Both the position numbers and the translations under genes were made by a program. From contig NC_017080.1 in assembly GCF_000284115.1 (NCBI RefSeq), positions 3,210,001 to 3,242,000 on the forward strand: a stretch of 32,000 nucleotides of DNA, in the 5' to 3' direction. Positions 1 through 9,729 of this stretch are shown piece after piece. This stretch comes from Phycisphaera mikurensis NBRC 102666 (lineage in GTDB: Bacteria > Planctomycetota > Phycisphaerae > Phycisphaerales > Phycisphaeraceae). The notes under the pieces were generated by a model, which was not told the DNA's origin, did not search any database, and saw nothing but the letters and a program-made list of their open reading frames with translations. Numbering within the stretch: the stretch's first letter is position 1; every line of letters starts with the position of its first letter.

Positions 1-9
1 CGCTCCGCC

Positions 10-1125
10 ATGGCATTTGGTCTCAGCAGCAAGAACCGCACCTCGCCGATCGCGGTCGACTTCGGGAGCGACACGCTCAAGGTGCTCCAGATCGACAGCA
101 GCGAGCGGACCGAGATCATCGCGGCCGGCTCCGCCGTGCTCAGCGACGACGCCCGCACGAACCCCGCGGCCCGCATGGCCTTCCTCGAGGAGTCGCTGAA
201 GAAGATCCTCCGCGGCCTGCCCTTCCGCGGACGCCGGGCGATGCTCGCGATCCCGGGCTACCAAACGCTGATCCACAACTTCACGATGGACCGCTGCGAC
301 GACGAGGACATCGACGCGATGGTCGACCTGCAGCTGCAGGAACGGCTCGGCGTGCAGGCCGCCCGGATGGTCACGCGGAACACCAAGACCGCCGACCACC
401 ACCGCGGCGGCTCCGAGAAGACCGACGTCAGCTGCCTCGCCGCCAAGCGGGACCTGGTGATGAGCTATCTGCAGCTCGCCGGACGCTGCCGGCTCGAGGT
501 GGTCGGCATGCACCCCGAGCCGATCGCCCTGATCCGCGCCTTGAGCGACCGCGACGCCGGCGTGCCCGCCGCGGCCGTCGACGACCGCAGCGTCGCCCTC
601 CGCGGCACCCGGTCCGGGCCCTCTCCGGCCCGGCTCGTGCTGGACTTCGCCCACGCGACCTCCCGCGTTCTGATCCTCGAGGGCGAGACGCTGCGGCTCG
701 CCCGCACGATCCACGCCGGCGGCCTCCACCTCACAAGGCAGCGGACGCGCGAGAGCGGCGAGAGCTTCCTCGCCGCCCGCACCAAGCGTCGCGCCGAGGC
801 CGCCGCCGAACCCGGCGACACGCCGCTTTCCTGCCGCGTTGCGGAACTGCTCATCGAGGAGCTCCGGATGACGCTGCGGCACCACCACGCCCGGCACCCG
901 GCCTCGCCGGTGACGCGGGTGCTGGTGTGCGGCGGCGAGGCCGCGTCCGAGCCGCGCCTGCGCGCTCTCGGTGCGGCGTTGAGCCTGCCGGTCAGCCGCT
1001 TCGACCCGCTCGCCGGCGCGGCGGCGGGCCCCGGTCCCTCCGCCCTCTCCGGCGTCGACCTCGCCGCCGGCACCGGCGGCTGGGCCGTGCCCTGGGGCCT
1101 CTGCCACAGCGAGCTGAACCTCTAA
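10..1125 (+). CDS. pilM: Type IV pilus / T2SS-type assembly protein PilM (actin-like ATPase fold)
   Basis: 371-aa ORF with strong G/C at codon position 3. N-terminal IAVDFGSDTLKVLQID is an FtsA/PilM phosphate-1-like motif; C-terminal RVLVCGGEA...LSLPVSRFDPL. It heads a co-directional gene series with gaps of 57, 85, 64 and 67 nt. Confidence 0.75.
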   Translation: MAFGLSSKNRTSPIAVDFGSDTLKVLQIDSSERTEIIAAGSAVLSDDARTNPAARMAFLEESLKKILRGLPFRGRRAMLAIPGYQTLIHNFTMDRCDDEDIDAMVDLQLQERLGVQAARMVTRNTKTADHHRGGSEKTDVSCLAAKRDLVMSYLQLAGRCRLEVVGMHPEPIALIRALSDRDAGVPAAAVDDRSVALRGTRSGPSPARLVLDFAHATSRVLILEGETLRLARTIHAGGLHLTRQRTRESGESFLAARTKRRAEAAAEPGDTPLSCRVAELLIEELRMTLRHHHARHPASPVTRVLVCGGEAASEPRLRALGAALSLPVSRFDPLAGAAAGPGPSALSGVDLAAGTGGWAVPWGLCHSELNL

Positions 1126-1182
1126 GCCCCGACGGGCTCGACGCATCCCACCCGCCCATCCATCGCTCCCCCCGGTGCTCCC

Positions 1183-1929
1183 ATGAACAACAAAGCCAGC
1201 TTCCTGCCCGAGGACTACCTCGACCGCCGCCTCGCCAAGCGGAGCCACGCGCTCTTCCTCACGCTCTTCGCGGTGGTGATCCTCGGAGCGATCGGCTCCT
1301 TCGTCGTCCTGCTCTCGCAGCAGCGCGAGGCCCGCGAGGCGCACGACGAGGTCGTCCGCCGGATCCAGGTCGAGAGCACGCAGCTCGAGACGATCAAGGC
1401 GCTGGAGACGCAGCGCGAGGCGATGATGCGGAAGGCGGCGATCACCGCGACGCTCATGGACCCGATCCAGAAGAGCAACGTCCTGGCGGAACTGATCAAC
1501 CACATGCCGCTGCCGGTCTCGCTCACGGAGGTGGAGGTCGAGACCAACGTCGCGACCCAGCGGGTCGTCACCCGCTCGGCCCTCCAGCAGGCGAGCCAGC
1601 GGGCCGCCGCCGCCGCGGAGGCGGAAGCCCCGCCGCCGCCGCCGCTGCGCACCGTCGTGCTGCAGGTGACCGGCATCGCGCCCTCGGACCTGGATGTCTC
1701 GACCTTCATGGTGTCGCTCCAGACCCACCCGCTCTTCGCCGACGTCGAGCTGCTCGAGACGCGGCAGCAGCGGATCGACGAGGAGAAGCTCCGCGAGTTC
1801 AAGATCAAGCTCGAGCTCGATCCCAACCTCACGATGGCCGACCTCGAGCCGACCCGGCGCGACCGCACCCTGACGGTGAACCCGATGGGCGGCGACATCG
1901 TGATCGAGCCCGCGGGCTTTCAGAACTGA
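1183..1929 (+). CDS. pilN: PilN-like bitopic inner-membrane assembly protein
   Basis: 248 aa. Basic N-terminus (DYLDRRLAKR), one TM helix (LFLTLFAVVILGAIGSFVVLL), a coiled coil, then NVLAELINHMPLPVSLTEVEVE and a beta-rich C-terminus. The call rests on PilN-type topology and position directly after pilM. Confidence 0.55.
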   Translation: MNNKASFLPEDYLDRRLAKRSHALFLTLFAVVILGAIGSFVVLLSQQREAREAHDEVVRRIQVESTQLETIKALETQREAMMRKAAITATLMDPIQKSNVLAELINHMPLPVSLTEVEVETNVATQRVVTRSALQQASQRAAAAAEAEAPPPPPLRTVVLQVTGIAPSDLDVSTFMVSLQTHPLFADVELLETRQQRIDEEKLREFKIKLELDPNLTMADLEPTRRDRTLTVNPMGGDIVIEPAGFQN

Positions 1930-2014
1930 ATCGGCGGCAACGCCGCTCCCCGGCCCCGACGGGCCCCACACCCCCTCCCCCAGATCCCCGCCTCGGCGGC
2001 CCCCGGAGCCCACC

Positions 2015-2563
2015 ATGCGTTTCAGCATCCGCGAAGCCCTCTACCTCGTCGTCCTCCTCGCCGTCGCCGGCGGCACCTGGCACTTCGGCATCACCCCGGT
2101 GCGGGCGAACATCGCCGCCTACCGCGAGGACACGGCCATCCGCGAGGGCACCCTCGCCGAGCTGGACAAGGCCAAGGCCCGCTACCCCGACTTCGACGCG
2201 GAGATCCGCCGGCTCGAGACCGCGATGGGCACCTTCTCCGAGAAGCTGCCGGAGCGGAAGGAGACGGCGGACATCATCCGCGGCATCACCGAGATCGCCA
2301 CCGCGAACCAGCTGACGGTGACGACCGTCAAGCCCGCCGCTCAGCTCGCCGCCGCCGGCTACATCGAGCTGCCGATCCGCCTGGAGATCGAGGGCGACTT
2401 CGACGGCTTCTACAACCTGATCCGGCAGATCGAGAACCTGCCGCGGATCACCCGGATGCCGGCGATGACGCTGGAGCGGCTCAACCGCGGGTCCGATGGG
2501 GTGGTGAGCGCGAAGCTCACGCTGTCGATCTTCTTCGAGGGCGATCCCGACGCCGACGCCTGA
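2015..2563 (+). CDS. pilO: PilO-like inner-membrane assembly protein
   Basis: 182 aa. N-terminal TM (LYLVVLLAVAGG), a coiled coil, and C-terminal YIELPIRLEIEGDFDGFYNLIRQIENLPRITRM, which looks like the conserved PilO/GspM-type domain. Confidence 0.65.
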   Translation: MRFSIREALYLVVLLAVAGGTWHFGITPVRANIAAYREDTAIREGTLAELDKAKARYPDFDAEIRRLETAMGTFSEKLPERKETADIIRGITEIATANQLTVTTVKPAAQLAAAGYIELPIRLEIEGDFDGFYNLIRQIENLPRITRMPAMTLERLNRGSDGVVSAKLTLSIFFEGDPDADA

Positions 2564-2627
2564 AGGCCTCGCCGCCCGCCCCGCCCCGCCCCGCTCCCCC
2601 ACCCAAAGCACCCACGAAGGACCGACC

Positions 2628-3401
2628 ATGCTCGACAGCGACCACCAGCTCGACCCCGCGGACGCCGCGGGCCCTTCCGCCAAGGCCGGCGGGAGCCTCC
2701 CGCTCCTGGGCGACTTCGGCCACGACGCCGACGTCGACGAGTTCGACGTCGGCTACGACGGCTCCGCCGAGGGCAAGCGCCTCGCCCAGCAGTCCGCTGC
2801 GCTCATCGGCCTGGTGGTGGTGCTGGCGGTGGGGATGCTCGTCGGGATGCAGCTCTTCGGGGCGACCGGCGAGGCGACCGACTCGACCGCCGAGATCGCG
2901 AGCATCGAGGACTTCATCCGCAAGAGCCAGCACCCCGATCTCGTCTCCAAGGCCGATCCGCAGCACCCCGACCGGCTCGCGGCGATGTTCTCCGAGGCCG
3001 ATCGGATCGTCGAGAAGATCTCGATGACCTACCCCGAGAAGCGGGTGGACGTCGCGGAGATCCAGAAGAACCCCTTCGCCCGCCCCGAGGCCGAGGTGCT
3101 GGTGGCCACGCCCGACGTCGACGCCGAGGAGGAGCGGCGGAAGAAGCAGCTCGTCTCGCTGACCGCCGAGGCCGGCCGCCTGAACCTGCAGAGCATCATG
3201 GGCAGCGGCACCCGCTCGGTCGCGGTCATCGACGGCGACTTCTACCGCACCGGCCAAGCCATCGGCGGCTTCCGGGTCCGCGGCATCGAGGACGGCCGCG
3301 TCTCGCTCGTGCCGCTCGCCTTCGAGCCGCGTCCCGGCGACCCCGAGTTCACGCTCTCCATCGAGTCGGAGATCTCCCGCGTGCCGATGCAACGCTTCTG
3401 A
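2628..3401 (+). CDS. PilP/GspC-like bitopic protein (fourth member of the pilMNO-type series)
   Basis: 257 aa. Acidic N-terminus (DADVDEFDVGYD) and one TM (LIGLVVVLAVGMLVGMQLF). C-terminal LNLQSIMGSGTRSVAVIDGDFYRTGQAIGGFRVRGIEDGRVSL resembles the small beta domain of PilP or the GspC HR domain. Confidence 0.45.
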   Translation: MLDSDHQLDPADAAGPSAKAGGSLPLLGDFGHDADVDEFDVGYDGSAEGKRLAQQSAALIGLVVVLAVGMLVGMQLFGATGEATDSTAEIASIEDFIRKSQHPDLVSKADPQHPDRLAAMFSEADRIVEKISMTYPEKRVDVAEIQKNPFARPEAEVLVATPDVDAEEERRKKQLVSLTAEAGRLNLQSIMGSGTRSVAVIDGDFYRTGQAIGGFRVRGIEDGRVSLVPLAFEPRPGDPEFTLSIESEISRVPMQRF

Positions 3402-3468
3402 TCCGCCCGGACGCCGCGGCTCCGCCCGCTCGCGCCGTGCCGCCACGCCCCTGACCCACGCCAACCCC

Positions 3469-5385
<1,917 letters not shown>

Positions 5386-5459
5386 GGGTTGGTGCCGCCG
5401 GGCGGCACGCTCCCCCGCGCCGGCCCGCGTGCACAGGCCATCCGTCCTCGGGACGCGGA

Positions 5460-6329
5460 TCAGGCCCCGGGGCCTGCCCGACGCGCCCCCACGACGATGG
5501 CCACCGCGCCGTGCGGGGCCCACGCCCGCTCGAACGCTCCGGCGTCGAGGGTGAGGCCTTCGCCGGACACGCCGGCGGGGTCGTGCACGCGGACGCCGCC
5601 GGCGCCATCGAGGCCGGTGATGACCAGGAGGTGCCCCTCGGTTTGCGGCATCACGGCGCCGGGCAGCCCGCCCTCCTCGTACGCGATCGAGGCGATGACC
5701 GGGCCGGACGCGCGGAGCCAGCCGGCCAGGACCGACCAGGAGCGGGCCTGCCGCACGACGGCCGGCCGGCCGGCGGCGGTCGCGACGGCGGCGGCCCGCA
5801 GCCAGTTGCCGTAGAGGTCGTGCCGGGGATCCCGCACCGCGGCGGCGACCCGCGGGAGCGGGCGCGGGAGGCCGTGGAAGCCGAGCACCATCGCCAGCGA
5901 GGTGGGGCAACAGGTGCGGCCGGCCATCGGCTCGGGCAGCGAACGCTGCGTGAGGAACGGGACCGCGTGCGCGACCACGCCCGCCGCCGCGGCGTCGCCG
6001 AAATGACGAACCGGCCCCGCGCCGCCCAGCGTCACCGACCCGAGCCCGCCGCTCCGCACCCGAACCGCTTCGGCCGGCGACCCCAGGCGCAGCACGTCCA
6101 CCTCCACCGCGTCGCGGTCCGCGGCCGCCTCGCCGGGCCCCAGCACCGCCATCCACGGCGACCACACGCCCGCCCGCCGCACCGCGAGCTGCAGGGTCGC
6201 ATCGTCGAGCGCGCCCCGCGGCTCCACCGCCAGCAGGAGGCGGTCAACCCCGGGATCCAGCGGCACTTCACCGCCCCCGGGAACGGCGTGGACCTCCCCC
6301 GGCACCAGCTCCGGCGCCCCGGGCGTCAC
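5460..6329 (-). CDS. Peptidase C39-like (papain-fold cysteine peptidase) domain protein
   Basis: In-frame C-terminal part of track ORF 5460..6824. Start placed at GTG 6329, which overlaps the upstream TGA (GTGA); alternative ATG at 6152. Motifs: FLTQRSLPEPMAGRTCCPTSLAMVLGFHG (Cys), EGHLLVITG (His), VRVHDPAG (Asp). Confidence 0.6.
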   Translation of the reverse strand: MTPGAPELVPGEVHAVPGGGEVPLDPGVDRLLLAVEPRGALDDATLQLAVRRAGVWSPWMAVLGPGEAAADRDAVEVDVLRLGSPAEAVRVRSGGLGSVTLGGAGPVRHFGDAAAAGVVAHAVPFLTQRSLPEPMAGRTCCPTSLAMVLGFHGLPRPLPRVAAAVRDPRHDLYGNWLRAAAVATAAGRPAVVRQARSWSVLAGWLRASGPVIASIAYEEGGLPGAVMPQTEGHLLVITGLDGAGGVRVHDPAGVSGEGLTLDAGAFERAWAPHGAVAIVVGARRAGPGA

Positions 6330-6781
6330 CGCCCGATGTCCTCGTGCCAGAGGTCCGGCTGCCCGGCGATGAAGGCCCGCATCATCTCGACGCAGCGGGG
6401 GTCGTTCACCGGGATCACCTCCACGCCCGCCGCCCGGAACAGGTGCTCGGGGCCGGCGAAGGTCGTGCTCTCGCCGATGACGACGCGGCGGACGTTGAAC
6501 AGCAGCGACGTGCCCGTGCACATGACGCAGGGCGAGAGCGTCGACACGAGCGTGAGCGACGACCAATCGCGGCGGCGGCCCGCGGCCCGGACGCAGCTGA
6601 CCTCGGCGTGCGCCGTCGGGTCGCCGTCCTGCACGCGGCGGTTGCGGCCGCGCGCCACGATCTCGCCGCCGCTGGTCGCGAGGACGGAGCCGATCGGCAG
6701 GCCGCCCTCGGCGAGGCCGGCCTGCGCCTCTTCGTAGGCCGCGTCGAGCAGGCGTCGGTCGGTGTCGGTGGGCTCGGCCAT
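6326..6781 (-). CDS. Cytosine deaminase, yeast FCY1-type (CDA/dCMP-deaminase zinc-binding fold)
   Basis: 151 aa. HAE and PCVMC zinc-ligand motifs. Collinear with my memory of yeast Fcy1, including AYEEAQAGLAEGGLPIG near the N-terminus and FIAGQPDLWHEDIG at the C-terminus. Confidence 0.8.
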   Translation of the reverse strand: MAEPTDTDRRLLDAAYEEAQAGLAEGGLPIGSVLATSGGEIVARGRNRRVQDGDPTAHAEVSCVRAAGRRRDWSSLTLVSTLSPCVMCTGTSLLFNVRRVVIGESTTFAGPEHLFRAAGVEVIPVNDPRCVEMMRAFIAGQPDLWHEDIGR

Positions 6782-6960
6782 CGGCGGACCTTAAAGCTCG
6801 GACGCTTCCGCCGCCGTGTTCCACCGGCGCCCGCCGCCGCTGGTCTCACGTCCTTCTCGGGTTCGCGCCTTGCTTCCTGCCAGCCTCGAGGGTTGATCCC
6901 GCACGAACGCGGGCACGAGGCCGCTGGACCCGTCGGCGAGCGGAGCCGGGGAACCGGGCG

Positions 6961-7902
6961 ATGCCGCGGGCCGCGGTACCCTTCCCGCCGCTCATGGGCC
7001 TCCTCGTCCTCCTGGCGGCCTCGGGCCTTCTCATCGCCTTCGCGGGCACCTGGCAGCTCGTGCGCGGGACGGATCGACCGGGCGGGCGCGGCGTCGCGTG
7101 GTGCATCGCGAACGACCGGCCGTGCGACCCGGAGGACCTGGGGCTGCCCGCGGACCGCTGGCGGGACCGCGTCTTCAGGCTCTCCCGCGGGGAGCAGACG
7201 CGGGGCTACGAGATCGACGGCGGCGACCCCGACGGCCCGCTGGTGCTGGTCGTCCACGGCCACTCCGCCGGCCGCCACCACGCGATGGCCACCCTCGCTT
7301 GCGCGGTCCCGGTCGCCTCGCGCGTCGCGGCGTTCGACCTGCCGGGCCACGGATCGGTGCAGAAGCTCTTCTCGCGGCAGGGCCTGCGGGAGCCCGAGGA
7401 CGTCGCGGTCGTGCTCGGGCAGCTGCTCGCCGAGCGACCGGCGGGCACCCCTGCCCCCCCGGTCGTGCTGTTGGGCTACTCGATGGGGGCTCAGATCTCG
7501 CTCGCCGCGGCGGCGGGCCCGCTGCGCGGCCAGCTCGCCGGCGTGGTCCTGCTCGCGGTGTACCGCTACCACGGCGAGCCGATCCGGGCCTTCCTGCGGG
7601 AACACGGCCTGCCGTGGTGGCCCTTCCAGCCGCTCGGCGACCTCTTCACCGCGGTCCGCACCCGCGGGGCCTCGCGCTTCGACCGCGTCGAGGCCGCGGC
7701 CGACGTCGACTGCCCCGCGCTGCTGCTGTCCTTCCGCGACGACCCGCTGTGCCCGCTGGCCTCCGCCGAAGCGATCGCCGCCGCCATCCCCCACGCCCGG
7801 CTCGAGGTCTTCGACGGCGTGGACCACACCGACTTCCACCTGAGGGAGCCGCAGCGCTACACCTCCCTGGTGCAGGACTTCCTCCGGAGCCACCGGCCAT
7901 GA
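6961..7902 (+). CDS. Membrane-anchored alpha/beta-fold hydrolase
   Basis: 313 aa. N-terminal anchor LMGLLVLLAASGLLIAF, oxyanion-region LVVHGHSAG, nucleophile elbow GYSMG, C-terminal VDHTDF histidine. Confidence 0.75.
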   Translation: MPRAAVPFPPLMGLLVLLAASGLLIAFAGTWQLVRGTDRPGGRGVAWCIANDRPCDPEDLGLPADRWRDRVFRLSRGEQTRGYEIDGGDPDGPLVLVVHGHSAGRHHAMATLACAVPVASRVAAFDLPGHGSVQKLFSRQGLREPEDVAVVLGQLLAERPAGTPAPPVVLLGYSMGAQISLAAAAGPLRGQLAGVVLLAVYRYHGEPIRAFLREHGLPWWPFQPLGDLFTAVRTRGASRFDRVEAAADVDCPALLLSFRDDPLCPLASAEAIAAAIPHARLEVFDGVDHTDFHLREPQRYTSLVQDFLRSHRP

Positions 7903-8627
7903 ACGACGACACGACGACAACGCCGCTCGCGGCCCGCATCGACCACACGATCCTCAAAGCCGAGGCGACGGAGGACCAGGTCGACACCGTCACCGACGAG
8001 GCGGTCGCTCACGGCTTCGCCTCGGTCTGCGTCAACCCCCGCCACGCCGGCCGCGTGCGGGAGCGTCTCGACGCGGCGGGCTCGGCCGCGAAAGCCTGCG
8101 TCGTCGTCGCTTTCCCGCTGGGGGCGAACGCCGCGACGCTCAAGGGGATCGAGGCGGTCGCCTGCCTCAAGGCCGGGGCGCAGGAGATCGACTTCGTCGC
8201 CCACCTGCCGTCGCTGCTGGCGGAGGACGCCGAGGCGGTCCTCGCCGACTTCCTCTCCGTCACCGTGCCCGCCCGGGAGCGGGACGGCGGCTGCGTGGTG
8301 AAGGCGATCCTCGAGACGGCGGCGCTCGCCGCCGGCGTGTCCGACGATCGGGCCGAGGCCCGCATCGCCGTCGGCTGCCGGGCCGCGGCCGAGGCCGGCG
8401 TCGACTTCGTGAAGACCTCGACCGGCTTCCACCCCGCCGGCGGGGCCACCGAGCAGCACGTGCGCTGGCTGCGGGCCCACGCCCCGCGCTTGGGCGTGAA
8501 GGCCAGCGGCGGCATCCGCACCCGCGACGACGCCGAGCGCATGCTCGCCGCCGGCGCGACGCGGCTGGGCTGCTCCGCCTCGGTCGCGATCGTCGGCGGG
8601 AACGCCGCCGCGGCCGGCGGATACTGA
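7899..8627 (+). CDS. deoC: Deoxyribose-phosphate aldolase
   Basis: 242 aa from ATG 7899 (ATGA overlap with the upstream stop); in-frame tail of track ORF 7098..8627. Motifs: IDHTILK, SVCVNP, VKAILET, DFVKTSTGF (Schiff-base Lys), VKASGGIR. Confidence 0.9.
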   Translation: MNDDTTTTPLAARIDHTILKAEATEDQVDTVTDEAVAHGFASVCVNPRHAGRVRERLDAAGSAAKACVVVAFPLGANAATLKGIEAVACLKAGAQEIDFVAHLPSLLAEDAEAVLADFLSVTVPARERDGGCVVKAILETAALAAGVSDDRAEARIAVGCRAAAEAGVDFVKTSTGFHPAGGATEQHVRWLRAHAPRLGVKASGGIRTRDDAERMLAAGATRLGCSASVAIVGGNAAAAGGY

Positions 8628-8658
8628 ACCCGCGACCGCGAGCCCTCCGAGGACGATC

Positions 8659-9390
8659 ATGAACGGAACCCTCCGCCTGGGAAGCATCTTCGGCATCCCG
8701 CTGCTCCTGCACTGGAGCTTCCCGCTGCTGCTCGCCTGGGTCGTGTGGACCGGCAGCCGGGCCGGCGCGTCCCCCGCGGAGATCGGCCTGAGCTGCGTCT
8801 TCGTGCTGGCGATCTTCGGCTGCGTGCTGCTGCACGAGTGCGGCCACGCGCTGGCCGCCCGCCGCTACGGCATCTCCACCCGCGACATCACGCTGCTGCC
8901 GATCGGCGGCCTCGCCCGCCTGGAGCGGATGCCGGCGACGCCGGCGGGCGAGATCGTCGTCGCCCTCGCCGGCCCGCTGGTCAACGTCGCGATCGCGCTC
9001 GTGCTCGGCGGCTTCTTCCTGCTCCGCGACGGCATCGCCGAGACGCTGAACGTGCCGGTCGATCCCTTCGCCGGCGGCTTCGCCCGGCGGCTGATGGCCG
9101 TGAACGTGCTGCTGGTGCTCTTCAACCTCATCCCGGCCTTCCCGATGGACGGCGGGCGGGTGCTGCGGGCCGTGCTGTCTCTGCGGCTGGGCCCGGCCCG
9201 CGCCAGCCTCTACGCCGCTTACGTGTCGATGACCCTCGCCGCCGGGTTCGCCGCCTGGGGCCTCCTCGGCGGCGGGGGGCCGTTCCTGCTGCTCATCGGC
9301 GTGTTCATCTTCATCGCGGCGCGGGCCACCGCGTCCAACGCGAAGCGGCTGCTCGCGGGAAGCCTCCCGCCGGATCGGGCGGGCCGCTGA
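8659..9390 (+). CDS. Site-2 protease family (M50) intramembrane zinc metalloprotease
   Basis: 243-aa polytopic membrane protein. HECGHALAARRYG (HExxH) and NLIPAFPMDGGRVL (second M50 motif). Confidence 0.8.
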   Translation: MNGTLRLGSIFGIPLLLHWSFPLLLAWVVWTGSRAGASPAEIGLSCVFVLAIFGCVLLHECGHALAARRYGISTRDITLLPIGGLARLERMPATPAGEIVVALAGPLVNVAIALVLGGFFLLRDGIAETLNVPVDPFAGGFARRLMAVNVLLVLFNLIPAFPMDGGRVLRAVLSLRLGPARASLYAAYVSMTLAAGFAAWGLLGGGGPFLLLIGVFIFIAARATASNAKRLLAGSLPPDRAGR

Positions 9391-9426
9391 AGCCGGCCCC
9401 TTTCCGGGCCGCCGCTCGCGCACCGC

Positions 9427-9562
9427 GCGCAATTTTCCGATCGCCTCTGCGGGCGAGTCGTGCCCCTCGCTTCGTCGGCTGCATCGCCCTGCAGGGGCAG
9501 GGCTGCTTCGCCTCCTCACGAGGAACACGACGCGCGGACGCAGGCCGATCGGAAAATTGCGC
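9427..9562. repeat. 136-bp imperfect palindrome (long inverted repeat), candidate structured RNA
   Basis: Perfect 17-bp arms: GCGCAATTTTCCGATCG (9427-9443) and CGATCGGAAAATTGCGC (9546-9562). Further complementary blocks: 9447-9451/9539-9543, 9453-9455/9533-9535, 9457-9462/9526-9531, 9465-9469/9519-9523. A ~16x15-nt unpaired bubble lies at 9470-9485 / 9504-9518. The apical hairpin is GCCCTGC-AGGG-GCAGGGC (9486-9503). Confidence 0.85.
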
Positions 9563-9636
9563 ACGATGCTCTAGGAGGAGCGGGTCTCGCGTCCCGCGAG
9601 AAAACTTCGAGATCGACCGGCCGGACCATTTCAGAA

Positions 9637-9645
9637 TGCTAGAAT
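9637..9645 (+). promoter_or_regulatory. Possible extended -10 promoter element TGCTAGAAT
   Basis: TGnTAGAAT lies in the only AT-rich patch of this intergenic region, a few nt upstream of the first hairpin of the candidate sRNA. No convincing -35 element. Confidence 0.3.
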
Positions 9646-9651
9646 CCATCA

Positions 9652-9729
9652 CCGCGGGTCTCCGCCCGCGGCTCCCACCACCCCCGGAAGCGTCCGGTGT
9701 CTCTTCGTGAGGCACCGGGCGTTTTTTTT
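9652..9729 (+). ncRNA. Candidate small RNA (about 78 nt): 5' hairpin, C-rich linker, terminator hairpin with U8
   Basis: Hairpin 9652-9658/9665-9671 (CCGCGGG/CCCGCGG, 6-nt loop). Apparently unpaired CUCCCACCACCCCCGGAAG (9672-9690). Terminator at 9691-9729. Lies between convergent genes. The 5' end is only inferred from the putative -10. Confidence 0.3.
9691..9729 (+). terminator. Rho-independent terminator
   Basis: 13-bp stem (9691-9703 pairs with 9709-9721, two G-U pairs) and a 5-nt loop, followed directly by T8 (9722-9729). This is by far the longest T-run I noticed in the window. Confidence 0.8.

Noticed and set aside
5391-5407. 7-bp stem / 3-nt loop hairpin (GTGCCGC-CGG-GCGGCAC) just after the ATPase stop, as a possible terminator.
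   Set aside because: It is a short stem with a minimal loop and no U-tract. Such hairpins are expected by chance in GC-rich DNA, so it is not reported as a feature.
9427-9562. Considered a MITE or IS remnant because of the 17-bp terminal inverted repeats; also considered SRP RNA, tmRNA or RNase P RNA for 9400-9730.
   Set aside because: No target-site duplication flanks the arms, there is no transposase nearby, and the window has no second copy. I could not find the conserved SRP helix-8 motif, the tmRNA tag or tRNA-like end, or the RNase P GGAAAGUCC-type core. It is kept only as an unclassified structured element.
9460-9642. 60-aa ORF inside the structured intergenic region, and an AGGAGG string at 9572-9577.
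   Set aside because: The ORF is made of the palindrome arms, has a GTG start and low-complexity sequence. No start codon lies at a suitable distance downstream of the AGGAGG.
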